A stretch of DNA of 64,000 nucleotides from Eledone cirrhosa (GCA_964016885.1 OZ024751.1:44578001-44642000), one strand, 5' to 3'. Positions 39,297 through 55,088 are shown, counted from the first letter of the stretch. Notes: a model not told the origin generated them from the letters alone. Numbers and translations are program-made.

Positions 39297-39907
39297 GCAT
39301 GCACACATGCATATACACATACAGACACACACACGCAAGCACATACAAAACCACACAGACTCACACAGACACCTACAAACACAAATACATACAAAATCAC
39401 ACATACAAACACAGACACACAGGTTTGTGTGTGTGTGTGTTTGTTTACGTCTTCAGTAACTTATACACAATCACATAGAAGCACTTATATATACATAGAG
39501 AGGGAGCTAAAGAGAAAATGTAAGAGAGGGTGGTCCAGAGAAGAAGAGGGAGAGGGGGAGTATAGAACGAAATGAGAATGAGAGGGTGTGGTGAAAGATA
39601 AGAGGGAACAGAAATTCGGTGTCTGGTATTTTAAGTCCCCTTACAAGTTTATTGGACGGAAAATGATACCGAAATTATGCAAGGGTTTATTTTTCAGATA
39701 TTTTACGCTTTGACTCGAAGCAGTGACCCGCACCAGACCGTAGACGATAGCAATGGTTTAAGAATTAAGGGAACCATTTAACTCTCTCACGCCTTAGTAC
39801 CTAGTGCCCAGACAAGAATAAAGCAGAACGTCACAAAGAACCTTTACGTTGTTACCCAAGATGCTAGAAATAACACCATTTGAAAATCACATTATTATCC
39901 TCTACAC

Positions 39908-40092
39908 TAGGCATGTCAAACTGAGGGTCACATATGTGTTGTCTGAGGGCCGCACATGACAACTAATTGTGCACATGACAACTAATTTTTTTAATTTTAT
40001 GTTACGAAGATAAAACATGCTCGAACTGTAAAACCCTTTGTACGGGCCGCAGGTGTACTTGCGGCCCGTGAGCCGCATATTTGACGTGCCTG
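39908..40092. mobile_element. hAT (Charlie-type) MITE
   Basis: TIRs TAGGCATGTCAAA / TTTGACGTGCCTG, internal GCGGCCC/GGGCCGC motifs, 8-bp TSD CTCTACAC/CTGTATAC (6/8). Confidence 0.82.
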
Positions 40093-40395
40093 CTGTATAC
40101 CTTTGATCATGAATCTGTTACCTTGGTCACCGTTAACCTGGGGTTAAATAACAACAACAATAATATTTATTTATTTTCAATGTTTTTTATTGGCCACCAG
40201 CACCCTACACAGTCACACAATTTGCTAGAAATATCAGTCATGTTTCCCTCAAATTAAGTCTGACTGTCATAGAAAAGGTGAATGAAGTCCTCAGAGTCAA
40301 TGACCATCCACCCTGACAATGGATTAAATAAAGTCACCATCTGTGTGTCAGTGTGTATGTAACAACATGACAACATCTGGTCAGTATAACTGTAT

Positions 40396-40426
<31 letters not shown>

Positions 40427-40909
40427 CCAGGGCGTAACATCTGTACCTCTGTGTGACTGTGTGTGTGTCTGTGTTTGTCTGTGTGGTTTTGTGTGTCTCT
40501 CTGTGTGTCTATGTGAGTCTGTGTGTGTCTGTGTAGTTTTGTGTGTGTCTCTATGTGTCTGTGTGAATCTGTGTGTGTCTGTGAGGTTTTGTGTGTGTCT
40601 CTATATGTCTGTGTGAGTCTGTGTGAGTCTGTGTGTGTCTGTGTGGTTTTGTGTGTGCCTCTATGTGCCTATGTTTGTATGTGTGTGTCTGTGTGGTTTT
40701 GCGTCTGTCTGTCTATATGTGTATGTGTGAGTATGTGTGTGTCTCTATACGACAGCATCTGGTTTATGTATGTGTGTGTCAGTGTGTATTTAACAACATC
40801 TTCCCTCTACATCTATGTGTGTGTGAAATTGTGTGTGACAATACATCTGGTCTGTAAATCTGTGTGTGTGAGTCAGTATCTATATGTGTGTGTGAGTCTG
40901 TGGGGGTCA

Positions 40910-40946
<37 letters not shown>

Positions 40947-41128
40947 TGTGTGTCTACGCCGTTTAATCTGTGTACTTGTATGTATGTGTGCGAGTATGTG
41001 TATGTGTTATGGTTGCCTGTGTGTCAGTGTGTATGCGTGTGTGAGTGTGTGTGTGTGAGTGTATGTGTATGTATGTCAGTGGTTCAATGTGTGCACTTGT
41101 GTGTCAGTGTGTGTGTGTATATGTGATT

Positions 41129-41879
41129 CACTATATACCAGTATATACCAGTATATATCAGTATATACCAGTATATAACAGTATATACCAGTATATACCA
41201 CTATATACCAGTATATATCAGTATATACCAGTATATATCAATATATACCACTATATACCAGTATATACCACTATATACGAGTATATATCAGTATATATCA
41301 GAATGTATCAGTATATACCAGCATATACCCCTATATTCCAGTATATACCAGTATATATACAAGTATATACCAGTATATATCAGTATATACCAGTATATAT
41401 CAGTATATATCAGTATATACCAGTATATACCTGTATATACCAGTATATACCAGTATATATCACTATATACCAGTATATACCAGTAGATACCAGTATATAC
41501 CAGTATATCCAGTATATACCACTATATGCCACTATATACCAGTATATATCAGTATATACCAGTATATACCAGTATATACCAGTATATACCATTATATACC
41601 ACTATATACCAGTATATACCAGTAAATATAAGTATATATAAGTATATACCAGTATACACCAGTTTATTCCAGTATATCCCAGTATATACAAGTATATACC
41701 AGTATATATCAGTATATACCAGTATATATCAGTATATACCAGTATATATCAGTATATACCAGTATATACCAGTATATATCTCTATATACCAGCATATACC
41801 AGTATATATCAGTATATACCAGTATATATCAGTATATACCAGTATATACCAGTATATATCAGTATATCTCAGTATATAC
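41129..41879. repeat. 10-bp minisatellite CAGTATATA(C/T)
   Basis: Long tandem array. Confidence 0.95.
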
Positions 41880-41913
41880 GTACTTTTCACATAGACAATT
41901 AACAGCTCTTGTG

Positions 41914-42881
41914 TTTCATCAGCGATATTTCATCAACGATATTTCATGAACGATATTTCATGAACGATATTTCATCAACGATATTTCATCAACGATATTT
42001 CATCAACGATATTTCATCAACGATATTTCATGAACAATATTTCATCAACGATATTTCATGAACGATATTTCATGAACGATATTTCATCAACGATATTTCA
42101 TGAACAATATTTCATCAACGATATTTCATCAACGATATTTCATCAACGATATTTTATCAACGATATTTCATCAACGATATTTCATGAACGATATTTCATC
42201 AACGATATTTCATGAACAATATTTCATCAACGATATTTCATGAACGATATTTCATGAACGATATTTCATCAACGATATTTCATCAACGATATTTCATCAA
42301 CGATATTTCATCAACGATATTTCATCAACGATATTTCATGAACAATATTTCATCAACGATATTTCATGAACGATATTTCATGAACGATATTTCATCAGCG
42401 ATATTTCATCAGCGATATTTCATCAGCGATATTTCATGAACGATATTTCATCAACGATATTTCATCAGCGATATTTCATGAACGATATTTCATCAGCGAT
42501 ATTTCATCAGCGATATTTCATCAACGATATTTCATCAACGATATTTCATCAACGATATTCCATCAACGATATTTCATCAGCGATATTTCATGAACGATAT
42601 TTCATGAACGATATTTCATCAGCCATATTTCATGAACGATATTTCATCAACGATATTTCATGAAAGATATTTCATGAACGATATTTCATCAACGATATTT
42701 CATCAACGATATTTCATCAACGATATTTCATCAACGATATTTCATCAACGATATTTCATGAACGATATTTCATGAACGATATTTCATGAACGATATTTCA
42801 TGAACGATATTTCATCAACGATATTTCATGAACGATATTTCATCAACGATATTTCATCAGCGATATTTCATCAGCGATATT
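41914..42881. repeat. 14-bp minisatellite (C/G)AACGATATTTCAT
   Basis: About 69 highly homogeneous units. Confidence 0.95.
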
Positions 42882-43217
42882 ATAGATATAGTTATTTAAC
42901 ATTCTGCTATTATGTTCCCCAATTCTTATTCCATTGAAATACTTCAGTAAAATGGCGGCCTTTCAAATATATATATATATATATATAACATGAAATACGA
43001 TATGGTGCAAACGATTGTTAGGATCATGTCTTTTGTAGTTGTTGTTATTGTTGTTGTTGTGGCTGTTGTTGTTGTTGTTATGGCTGTTGTTGCTGTTGTT
43101 GTTGTTGTTGTTGTTGTCATTTTCTTAATGTATTGCCTATTATGATATTTAGCCTCGCATTAACCCACAATACGTACACATACATCTATGTGTGTGTATA
43201 TATATATGTGTAATGTA

Positions 43218-43275
<58 letters not shown>

Positions 43276-43298
43276 ACTATATATATATGTATATATAT

Positions 43299-43332
<34 letters not shown>

Positions 43333-43350
43333 CATATATGCCACCATATA

Positions 43351-43388
<38 letters not shown>

Positions 43389-43614
43389 CTATATATTTAC
43401 TATAGGTGTGTATATATATAGGTGTACATATATATATACGCACATATATATATACATATATATATATATATACATATATACATGTATATATATACATATA
43501 TACATGTATATATATACATATATAATGTAATTATATATATATAATATAAATATGTATATATATATATATATATACATACATATATACATGTATATATATA
43601 CATATATAATGTAA

Positions 43615-43650
<36 letters not shown>

Positions 43651-43781
43651 TATATTACATATACATACATATATATATATATACATACATATACATATAC
43701 ATACATACATATATATATACATACATATATATATATATATACATACACACACACATATATATATATATATACATACACACA

Positions 43782-43869
<88 letters not shown>

Positions 43870-44265
43870 CACACATATATATATTGTCAATATATTCCTT
43901 GCCCAGCCTAAGGTCTATACAGATATTGATATCACGAATAAGTCACTGTATCTTGGTGCGTTACTATAATTTCTATAAAGCCAACACAAATACACGCCAC
44001 AGAAGATTTAGAGAAAAAGAAAACAGCACATAAACAGGCAAAGAGGCACACAAGACCTAAATAAAAACAAATACGAAGGGAAAATTAAACAGAGTGTCCT
44101 GGGTGAATGAAAGTATACGACCGAACAATAACGGATATAGTTTCGATCTCAATAGACTCGTTGACATGTCTGTAGTCACTCATCAAAAATATATATAAAC
44201 ATACATATATATGTATGTATATATATATGTATGTATGAATGTATGTATGTATGTATGTATCTATG

Positions 44266-44341
<76 letters not shown>

Positions 44342-44371
44342 TATGTGTATATGTATATATATATATGTATA

Positions 44372-44430
<59 letters not shown>

Positions 44431-44602
44431 GTATATACATATATATAGATACATGTATATACATATATATGTACACACATATATGTATATATATATATAT
44501 GCACACACACACACATATATATATGTATATATATACATATATGTATATATATACATATATATATATATACAGACATATATATACACACACATATATATAT
44601 AT

Positions 44603-44641
<39 letters not shown>

Positions 44642-44794
44642 CATATATATATATATATATACATGTTTGTGCATATATATATGTGTAAGTACGTATAGAA
44701 GTTTAAATATACATAAGTATGAATGTATATATACATACATACATACAAACATACATATATATATATATCTATACATATATATACGTATATATAC

Positions 44795-44872
<78 letters not shown>

Positions 44873-45449
44873 TATATATATATATAATATACATATTATA
44901 TATATATACATATATATACATATATATGTCATATAAATAAAAGTTGGTGTTGTGGTATGTGTATATATGTATACGCGCACGTGTACGCATAAAGTCATGA
45001 AGAAAGTCAGCCACACCCTCTCGCGAACATATGTACACATGTATACGTACACCCCCAGTCATCTATACACCCTGTACACCCCCAGTCATCTATACACCCT
45101 GTACACCCATATAAACCTGAGGCGTTGTGTGGTCGTACAGAATCTTGGTCGTAATGTACACGCCATTGAACACTCACATACACGCACACACACAACTAAA
45201 CACACACACACACACACACACAACTAAACACACATACACACAACTAAACACACACATACACGCAACTAAACACACATACACACAACTAAACACACACATA
45301 CACACAACTAAACACACACACAACTAGACACACACAACTAAACACACACACACATACAAACATATATATATATATATATATATGCTTCTATATATGCTTA
45401 TATAAATATATATACATATATATAAATATATAAACATTTATATATATAT

Positions 45450-45528
<79 letters not shown>

Positions 45529-45557
45529 GTATATATATATATATATATATATTACAA

Positions 45558-45664
<107 letters not shown>

Positions 45665-45731
45665 TCTGTGTGTCTGTGTGTAGATGTATATATATATATA
45701 TACATATATATGTGTATATATATTTATTTAT

Positions 45732-45790
45732 TATAGAAGTGACTTCCACAGGACTAGAAATGTTTCATTTGTTTGAAATCATCAGGAATA
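45732..45790 (-). mobile_element. single-arm remnant of the hammerhead element
   Basis: Minus: attc-CTGATGA-tttcaaacaaat-GAAA-cat-ttctagtc-ctg-TG-gaag; cleavage triplet lost. The unique-arm remnant of the family also occurs at 61252-61283. Confidence 0.65.
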
Positions 45791-45956
45791 ATGATTTCTT
45801 AATTACACACACACACGTACACACACACAGACACACACACACACACAGAGACACACATACACACACGCACACACACACAGACACACAGACACACACACAC
45901 GCACACACACGCACGCGCGCACACATATATATATACATGAATATATATATATATAT

Positions 45957-46024
<68 letters not shown>

Positions 46025-46811
46025 CATATTTCTATATGTGTGTATGTATATACGTATGTTATACGTATGTATGTATTATATGTACACATGTATGTTTGTT
46101 TGTATGTGTGCATGTATGTATGAACGCATATATGAATGTATGTATGCATGTATGTATGAACGCATATATGTATATATGTATGTTTGATTGCATGCGTGCA
46201 TGCATGTATGTAACTATGTATGCAATAATGTATGTATGTTAACATAGACTCTCATGTGCTACAATTTGCAATAGTGCGTATATGGAGAGACGTAAAAACG
46301 CCAAGATCTCAGCTCCAAACTCGTTAAAGCATCATTTGTAATAGAGTTACAAATTATATGCTGAAGGTTCTTTCTCTTTTGTTTTATTATTTCACTTCTA
46401 TTTAGATTTAACATCTTACAAGATTTATGTAACCCCTGAAGTAATTAAAAAAGAAAGAATATTTCATTCTGCCCTCGAACGTATTAAATGATATATTTTG
46501 TGGTAGCCTTATCCTCATGAATAAAAACATCTGTATGATATGTATATTTTGGTGATATAACATCAGCTAATGGTAAACTAACGCCAGAGAAACAAAAATA
46601 ATCACCTCAGAAATTTGAATTATTGTAGAAAAACGTTGCTGTTAAGTTATATATTAACTGGTTAACTATAATCGCTAGAGTCAATTAAGTAAAGAAATAC
46701 GAAAAAAAAAAATATAAAAAAAAATAGTACGTATTAAATAAATCTGTCAAAAACATTGTTACTGCAAATAACTAACTAACATCGAGAGAAATTTAAATTT
46801 CGAAATGTGCA

Positions 46812-47070
46812 AATGGCCGAGGCGTTAATCCCGAGCAAGGGTTGCTGGATAACATCCATGAGTTCGGCTGGTTGTCTCCCTTGAGGATCCAGCCGGATCT
46901 ATTGGAGACGGTTGTTGCTTCTGACAGGATTCTGCCTCCTTCACCCCACCCAGCGACTTTCTCGGGGAGAAGAAGAAGAAGAAGAAGGCAAAGAAGAAGA
47001 AGGCAAAGAAGAAGAAGAAGAAGAAGAAGAAGAAGAAGAAGAAGAAGAAGAAGAAGAAGAAGAAGAAGAA
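46812..47070 (+). mobile_element. decayed 3' end of RTE-like LINE with (GAA)n tail
   Basis: LDNIHE and, in another frame, YWRRL motifs; GC-rich segment directly followed by (GAA)n 46967-47070. Confidence 0.55.
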
Positions 47071-48008
47071 TTAAAGGTCTATTGAGATGAGATTTCAGAA
47101 GAATTGTATAAGTCAAAAGGACAGTAACTATTTGAAATATACATAGGATGAATTACGACAACAATAGCAGACTACCACAATCCTTCGCGGCCTATTACAG
47201 CTATTAGGTGCGAGTCTCCTGTGATTGTCCCGTCGTAAGAAATTAAAACTATGATTTTATTTCCATTGAAGTTTTCTGTTTTCTCTGGGTTCTCTGGTTT
47301 CTGTTAAAAAAACAACAGGATTTCAAAAAGAAACATTAAATATTTTGTGCAATATTTGATTCAAGTATATTTATATATTTGCGGGTTTAAATGTTTTAAT
47401 TTCCTTACTAATCGTACTTATAGAAGTAAATCTAATCCAGATACCATCACCACAGATTAAACTTAAGCGTCAGTTCATTTTGTGGACCCGGCCTACAAGA
47501 TGGAGAAGCATTGCCTTTGCCCCGGTGGACGACGAATGAGATGCATTGGAACAGAGCAGTCAATCCACCTCGCGGGGTTCGCACCTTCGGGAAGTCATCT
47601 CCGCTCCGAAAGCAGTGAGCAGGGATATCGTCCAGGATGTGGGGGTGGTCAAGAACGCCCGAAGTCTCTACTGGTGTCATAGGCTCAACTACAAACCTAT
47701 CAGAGAGCAGCCAATAACATTTTTCAAGTGTTTTACCTAATCTTACTTTCACTTTCACATTCACTATTATATAATCCTAGCAACATGACGGTTACATAAC
47801 CGAATGAACTCTGCTATTTACATTGAACATTTGTATGTTATCTATACGTCCAGCCAAAAGTATATTATATAAGGCGAACGTTCACTTTACAAGAGAAATC
47901 CGATAGCGTTCTGTTAAACAAGGATATGCCTTCATTAAGTACATTTCGGGTACATTTATGTAACTAGATTTCAAATGGAGCAACGACGTGTATTGTATTT
48001 TGCTGGCC

Positions 48009-48058
<50 letters not shown>

Positions 48059-48124
48059 TGTGTGTATACATATATATATATATACACATATATATATATA
48101 TCTGTCTGTGTGTGTGATCTGTCT

Positions 48125-48174
48125 GTGTCTGTGTGTGTGTGTGTATTATATATTATATATATGTACATATAAAC

Positions 48175-48236
<62 letters not shown>

Positions 48237-48351
48237 ACATATATGCCCGTATACATAGATACATACACACACATATAACTAGATCCTTATATATACATAT
48301 ATATATATATATATCCATATACATATGGGTATATATGTACACACACACACA

Positions 48352-48384
<33 letters not shown>

Positions 48385-48424
48385 GCATATATGTACATAT
48401 ATATATATATGTGTACATATATGC

Positions 48425-48457
<33 letters not shown>

Positions 48458-48570
48458 TGTGTGTGTGTGTGTACATATATACCCATATGCATATGGATAT
48501 ATATATATATGTATATATAAGGATCTAGTTATATGTGTGTGTATGTATCTATGTATACGGGCATATATGT

Positions 48571-48638
<68 letters not shown>

Positions 48639-48690
48639 GTTTATATGTACATATATATAATATATAATACACACACACACACAGAGACAG
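48125..48690. repeat. ~560-bp near-perfect palindrome in microsatellite-rich DNA
   Basis: Mirrored landmarks aaaccc/gggttt, atgcccgtatac/gtatacgggcat, aactagatcctt/aaggatctagtt and atgggcat/atgcccat around ~48404. Confidence 0.9.
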
Positions 48691-48948
48691 ATATATATAT
48701 ATAGGTGTGTGTGTACATATATACCCATATGTATATGTATATATAAGGACCTAGTTATATGTGTGTGTATGTATCTATGTATACGAGTAGGTCCAGGCAG
48801 TAAATGATATATTGTGTTCCGGGTCGATGAAAACAGAAATAATACTGTTTAAATTACAAAATCTATTCTGCATAAAATATGGCAAGTGTATAACATAACA
48901 CATATATGCGCACACAGACGCATGTATATATTACACACACACATACAC

Positions 48949-49165
<217 letters not shown>

Positions 49166-49191
49166 CGGAGATGGAGAGACATTATTTCTGT

Positions 49192-49373
49192 GTGGATTGG
49201 CAGTATCGGTAGAGGATCGGACGCCATGCTTTCCAGCATAGTTACGTCCCCTTACGATCTGAGTTCAAATCCCGCCGAGGTTGACTTTGCCTTTCATCCT
49301 TACGGGGTCGATAAAATAAAGTACCAGTAATGCACTGGGTAATTGCTGGCCTTGTGCCTAAAGCAGAAACAGT
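49192..49373 (+). mobile_element. tRNA-derived SINE
   Basis: Full body with B box gagttcaaatcc. Confidence 0.9.
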
Positions 49374-49615
49374 TATGTCTGTATATGTATAAATTACAGC
49401 GCCGGGTAGAGCTGTGGCAGTTATGCTATTTAGTTGTGGGTTGTCGTTACCGTTTTTATAAACATGGAATTAGAGAAAACACAATTTTGTATAATAAGAC
49501 ATCGTGGACAGATATGATCGTTTGTGAAATAATCGATAATCCAATCTGCTTCACAATAAAAACTGCCTTCTTCCACATATAAACAGCCTGCTCTCTATTG
49601 ATACAATAATCTTTT

Positions 49616-50094
49616 ATTAATTTTACGTAGTTTAAGACGGTAGATTTGCAGTATCGGTAGAGAGTCCGAGACTATGCTTAGCAGCATAGAGTTAGGGTCC
49701 TCTACGGTCTTGAGTTCAAATCCCGCCGAGGTTAACTTTGCCTTTCATCCTTATGGAGCCGATAAAATAAAGTACCAGTAATGTACTGGTTTCGATTTAA
49801 CCGACTTTCCCCTGCCCTCAAATTACTTGCCTTGTGCCTGTACTAATAATCATTAATTTTACGTAGTTGGGGTGAATTAATTTTACGTAGAGGGCGGTGA
49901 ATTGGCAGTATCGGTAGAGGGTTGGACGCCATGATTTGATGCATAGAGTTACGGCCCTTGCCATTCTGAGTTCAAATCCCGCCTAGGTTAACTTTGCCTT
50001 TCATCCTTACAGGGTCGATAAAATAAAGTACCAGTAATGCACTGGGATAATTGCTGGCCTTGTGCCAAAAGTAGAAGCAATTAATTTTACGTAG
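49616..50094 (+). mobile_element. tandem SINE cluster separated by a repeated 15-bp target ATTAATTTTACGTAG
   Basis: Target at 49616, 49852, 49876 and 50080; SINEs at ~49635-49850 and 49891-50079. Confidence 0.88.
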
Positions 50095-50276
50095 TTTACT
50101 TAATGGTTAGAGAATTGGATTTCCAATCATGAGATTACTCGTTCGATTCCTGAATCCGACGCTGCGATATGCCATTGAACAAGAGAATTTGTTTTCATTA
50201 TGATTTTTCTGCCAGGAGTTGCAACCGGTATGGTAAATATCATCAGCAATGTAAAGAGTAATAGGAGTATTATTCT

Positions 50277-50424
50277 GCATGCTTTCCAGCATAGTTACGT
50301 CCCTTTACGATCTGAGTTCAAATCCCGCCGAGGTTGACTTTGCCTTTCATCCTTACGGGGTCGATAAAATAAAGTACCAGTAATGCACTGGGGTAATTGC
50401 TGGCCTTGTGCCTAAGTAGAAACA
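50277..50424 (+). mobile_element. 5'-truncated SINE
   Basis: TSD ATTATTCT at 50269-50276 and 50425-50432. Confidence 0.85.
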
Positions 50425-50741
50425 ATTATTCTCTTAATCCGATATGACATGTTATAACCCCACGCGGTAAGCGAATGAGGTATGGGATCTTCTGGTTCGA
50501 TTCCTACCAGTGAGCACAGCTTCGTTTGCCACACTAATATCTGTATATATATATATACTAGTCAAATACCCGTAAATGTAATATGGTCGGTTCATATTCA
50601 ACTACTTGTATATACGCATAATACCCTGATTGAACAGACCTTTTATCAAATACAGATAGACCACAATCATTTCGAACCTGCGTGTATATATATATATATA
50701 TATATATAGTTGTAATAAAATGAAAACGAAATTTCATGTAC

Positions 50742-50790
<49 letters not shown>

Positions 50791-50944
50791 GATATAGATA
50801 TATATGTATGAATGTACATGTACATGTACACATATGTACACATATACGCACATAGATACACATGTACATATGCATATATACATACATATGTATATATATA
50901 TATACATACATACATACATACATACATATACATATGTATATATG

Positions 50945-51047
<103 letters not shown>

Positions 51048-51163
51048 TTATATAAACATACATATAGATATACATATAGATATACATATAGATATACATA
51101 TAGATATAAATACACACACAAACATACGTATATACATACTTACACATACACAAACACACATGT

Positions 51164-51196
<33 letters not shown>

Positions 51197-51380
51197 ATCT
51201 GATATCGAATACTATATAATGTCTAGTTTACCTGTTAAACTATACTTGATTGGTAACATAACACTAAATGTTATTATTATGTTTCTATTCTTTTTCCCTA
51301 TGATTTTGTTTTCAGATGATTAACAAATGTTTTTAACGTTTTTGTTGGCGTTTCGGTTAAAGCTTTGCAGACTAAGTAAT

Positions 51381-51891
51381 TGTTTCTACGTTAGGCACAA
51401 GGCCAGCAATTAGCCAGTGTATTACTGGTACTTTATTTTATCGACCCCGTAAGGATGAAAGGCAAAGTCAACCTCGGCGGGATTTGAACTCAGATCGTAA
51501 AGGGACGTAACTATGCTGGAAAGCATGCAGAATAATACTCCTATTACTCTTTACATTGCTGATGATATTTACCATACCGGTTGCAACTCCTGGCAGAAAA
51601 ATCATAATGAAAAAAAATTCTCTTGCTCAATGGCATATCGCAGCGTCGGATTCAGGAATCGAACGAGTAATCTCATGATTGGAAATCCAATTCTCTAACC
51701 ATTAAGTAAACTACGTAAAATTAATTGCTTCTACTTTTATCCTAGTGCATTACTGGTACTTTATTTTATCGACCCCCGTAAGGATGAAAGGCAAAGTTAA
51801 CCTCGGCGGGATTTGAACTCATAATAGCAAGGGCCGTAACTCTATGCTTCAAAGCATGGCGTCTGACCCTCTACCGATACTGCCAATCCAC
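51381..51891 (-). mobile_element. composite retrocopy: SINE + ~200-bp flank + SINE
   Basis: Inverted copy of ~49900-50427; 11-bp TSD GACTAAG(T/C)AAT at 51370-51380 and 51892-51902. Confidence 0.82.
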
Positions 51892-52055
51892 GACTAAGCA
51901 ATATCTGTAAGAATACAGACTCAACATACAACAAGCATCGGCCTGTCAAAGATATATTGAGATTTATTAACCATAAATAACAATAAACCTACGCTCATGT
52001 TTCCCTATATCAAATATGACATGCGCACAAGCACAACACTGAAACACCCAACAAT

Positions 52056-52895
52056 ACACACACATGTACATACACATTCACACACATATATATACACACA
52101 TAGTTACATACACATTCACACACATATATATACACACATAGTTACATACACATTCACACACATATAAATACACACATAGTTACATACACATTCACACACA
52201 TATAAATACACACAGTTACATACACATTCACACACATATAAATACACACAGTTACATACACATTCACACACATATAAATACACACAGTTACATACACATA
52301 CACACACATAGTTACATACACATTCACACAGATATAAATACACACATGTACATACACATTCACACACATATAAATACACACAGTTACATACACATTCACA
52401 CACATAGTTACATACACATTCACACAGATATAAATACACACATAGTTACATACACACTCACACACACATAAATGCACACATAGTTACATACACACTCACA
52501 CACACATAAATACACACATAGTTACATACACACTCACACACACATAAATACACACATAGTTACATACACACTCACACACACATAAATGCATACATAGTTA
52601 CATACACACTCACACACACATAAATACACACATAGTTACATACACACTCACACACACATAAATACACACATAGTTACATACACACTCACACAGATATAAA
52701 TACACACATAGTTACATACACACTCACACACACATAAATGCACACATAGTTACATACACACTCACACACATAAATACACACATAGTTACATACACACTCA
52801 CACAGATATAAATGCATACATAGTTACATACATACATTCACACACACATAAATACACACATAGTTACATACACACTCACACAGATATAAATACAT
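52056..52895. repeat. ~34-36-bp CA-rich minisatellite (…ATAGTTACATACACA(T/C)TCACACA…)
   Basis: Regular recurrence of agttacatacaca. Confidence 0.9.
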
Positions 52896-53035
52896 ACATG
52901 CACACATACATATATGTATATATATGTATGCATGCATGTGTGCTTATATGAATATAATATATATATATGTCTTTCTCTCTCTCTCTGTCTGTCTCTCCTC
53001 TCTCTCTTCTGCATATATATATATATATACATATA

Positions 53036-53079
<44 letters not shown>

Positions 53080-53266
53080 TGTTTATATGTGTGTGCGCGT
53101 GTGTGTGTAGACACATGGATATGTGCGTGTGTACGTGTAAGCATTCGCACTTGAAGTAAATTATCCTAACGTGCCTTTACATGATTTTTATATATATATG
53201 ACTGTATGACTGTATGACTGTCTGCCTGTCTATTTGTGGTTTGAATGTGAGTATATATATATATAT

Positions 53267-53305
<39 letters not shown>

Positions 53306-53730
53306 CATATAAATATAAACCCTTTATTCTATTACCACCAATTAAACTGGTAAGAGCAAGCTCTAATGTTTGACCTTATTTTAAATCTCTTATAATACAT
53401 AGAGTAATTCTTTTTTTTATAGCTTTAAAATAGAAAAATTAACTTACCTTTTACGACCTATTTGTCAAGAATTATTTCTACATGTAGTAGATTTTGAACG
53501 ATGGAAGCGAGTGCCTCGACAGGCACTAAATGTCAGTACAAGACAAAACAAGAATTCGAATTCGGTTCTAAAATATATGTCAATAGGTGCAGGAATGACA
53601 GCGTGGTTAAAGCGTTCGATTCGCAACCTAATAACTCTTAATTGAGTCCTGCTGCACTGCCGCACATTAGTTTATTGTCTTCTACTTTAGCGTCCGTTTT
53701 ACTTTAACGCTTGGTATAGTAGGAAAAACT

Positions 53731-53767
53731 TCTTTTACGTTTCGGATCTTAATCCTTCATCAGAAGA
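53731..53767 (-). ncRNA. minimal type I hammerhead motif (Penelope-type)
   Basis: Minus: tctt-CTGATGA-a-ggat-taag-atcc-GAAAC-GTA-aaaga. Intact core, ACGT palindromic stem III, short imperfect stem I. Confidence 0.62.
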
Positions 53768-53889
53768 TAGAATGAGAAATAAAAAAATGAAATAGAGAAT
53801 GAGAAGAGAAAGAAACGAAAATATTATATATATAAATATATATATATATATGCGAATATAAGTAATATTATACTATATTTGTGTATGTG

Positions 53890-53931
<42 letters not shown>

Positions 53932-53966
53932 AATATAAGTAATATTATACTATATTTGTGTATGTG

Positions 53967-54034
<68 letters not shown>

Positions 54035-54069
54035 CACATACACAAATATAGTATAATATTACTTATATA

Positions 54070-54100
<31 letters not shown>

Positions 54101-54658
54101 GCGAATATAAGTAATATTATACTATATTTGTGTATGTGTATGTATATATATATATATTTTATATATATATATGAAAAATGGCGTGCTGCGTTGGATTTCA
54201 CACAGGTCAGACGGGAGGAAGTGAGAGAGGGGGAGTAGCAGAGAGTGAGTGAGTGAAAGTGTGGGGAAGAGGCCAGCCGAGAGAGGGTGACTGGCAGAGG
54301 GAGTGAATGAAGGTAAGAGATACAAGGAGAGAGAAAGAGGATAACAGTAAGAAAGAAACAGACTGGTCACAGCGGAGGGAAAAATATAAATGAAAATGGC
54401 GTGCTGCGTTGTTGCAAATGGGATACATATGTATAAAATTAGAACAAGAAGTCAGGACTATCCGTCATCAGTGATCTTCCAGCCATCATCGGTATTTCTA
54501 ACGAAGGAAGTGTGGTATGGGACCAGGTGGACCATAACGCACCAGAGTACTCGATACTTTGGGTAGTAGAGTGGGTAATAGGAAAAGAGGCAGAGTTCAA
54601 GCCATTTCGATGGCTATTTCTGGACTCAGAAATTGTCCAAATATAGCCATCGAAACGG

Positions 54659-54746
<88 letters not shown>

Positions 54747-54840
54747 CTTCTTGTTTTTAAATTACTCTGGAGTAAACAGAACCACCTACGCACTTCGTTG
54801 AGTGCTCTAATCTGCATACTGAAGTATTGGTAATGGTAAG

Positions 54841-54898
<58 letters not shown>

Positions 54899-55051
54899 TT
54901 ATTATTTTTATTATTATTATTATTATTATTATATATACTATATATACATATATATATACATACACACACACTATATATATATATATATATATATTGCATA
55001 AATATATATAAATATATACACATATAAATATATGTGTAGAGATATATGTAC

Positions 55052-55083
<32 letters not shown>

Positions 55084-55088
55084 GTATG

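Noticed and set aside
54600-54660. Hairpin gccatttcgatggctat...atagccatcgaaacggc as ribozyme or terminator
   Set aside because: Real short inverted repeat, but no catalytic core and only one copy seen.
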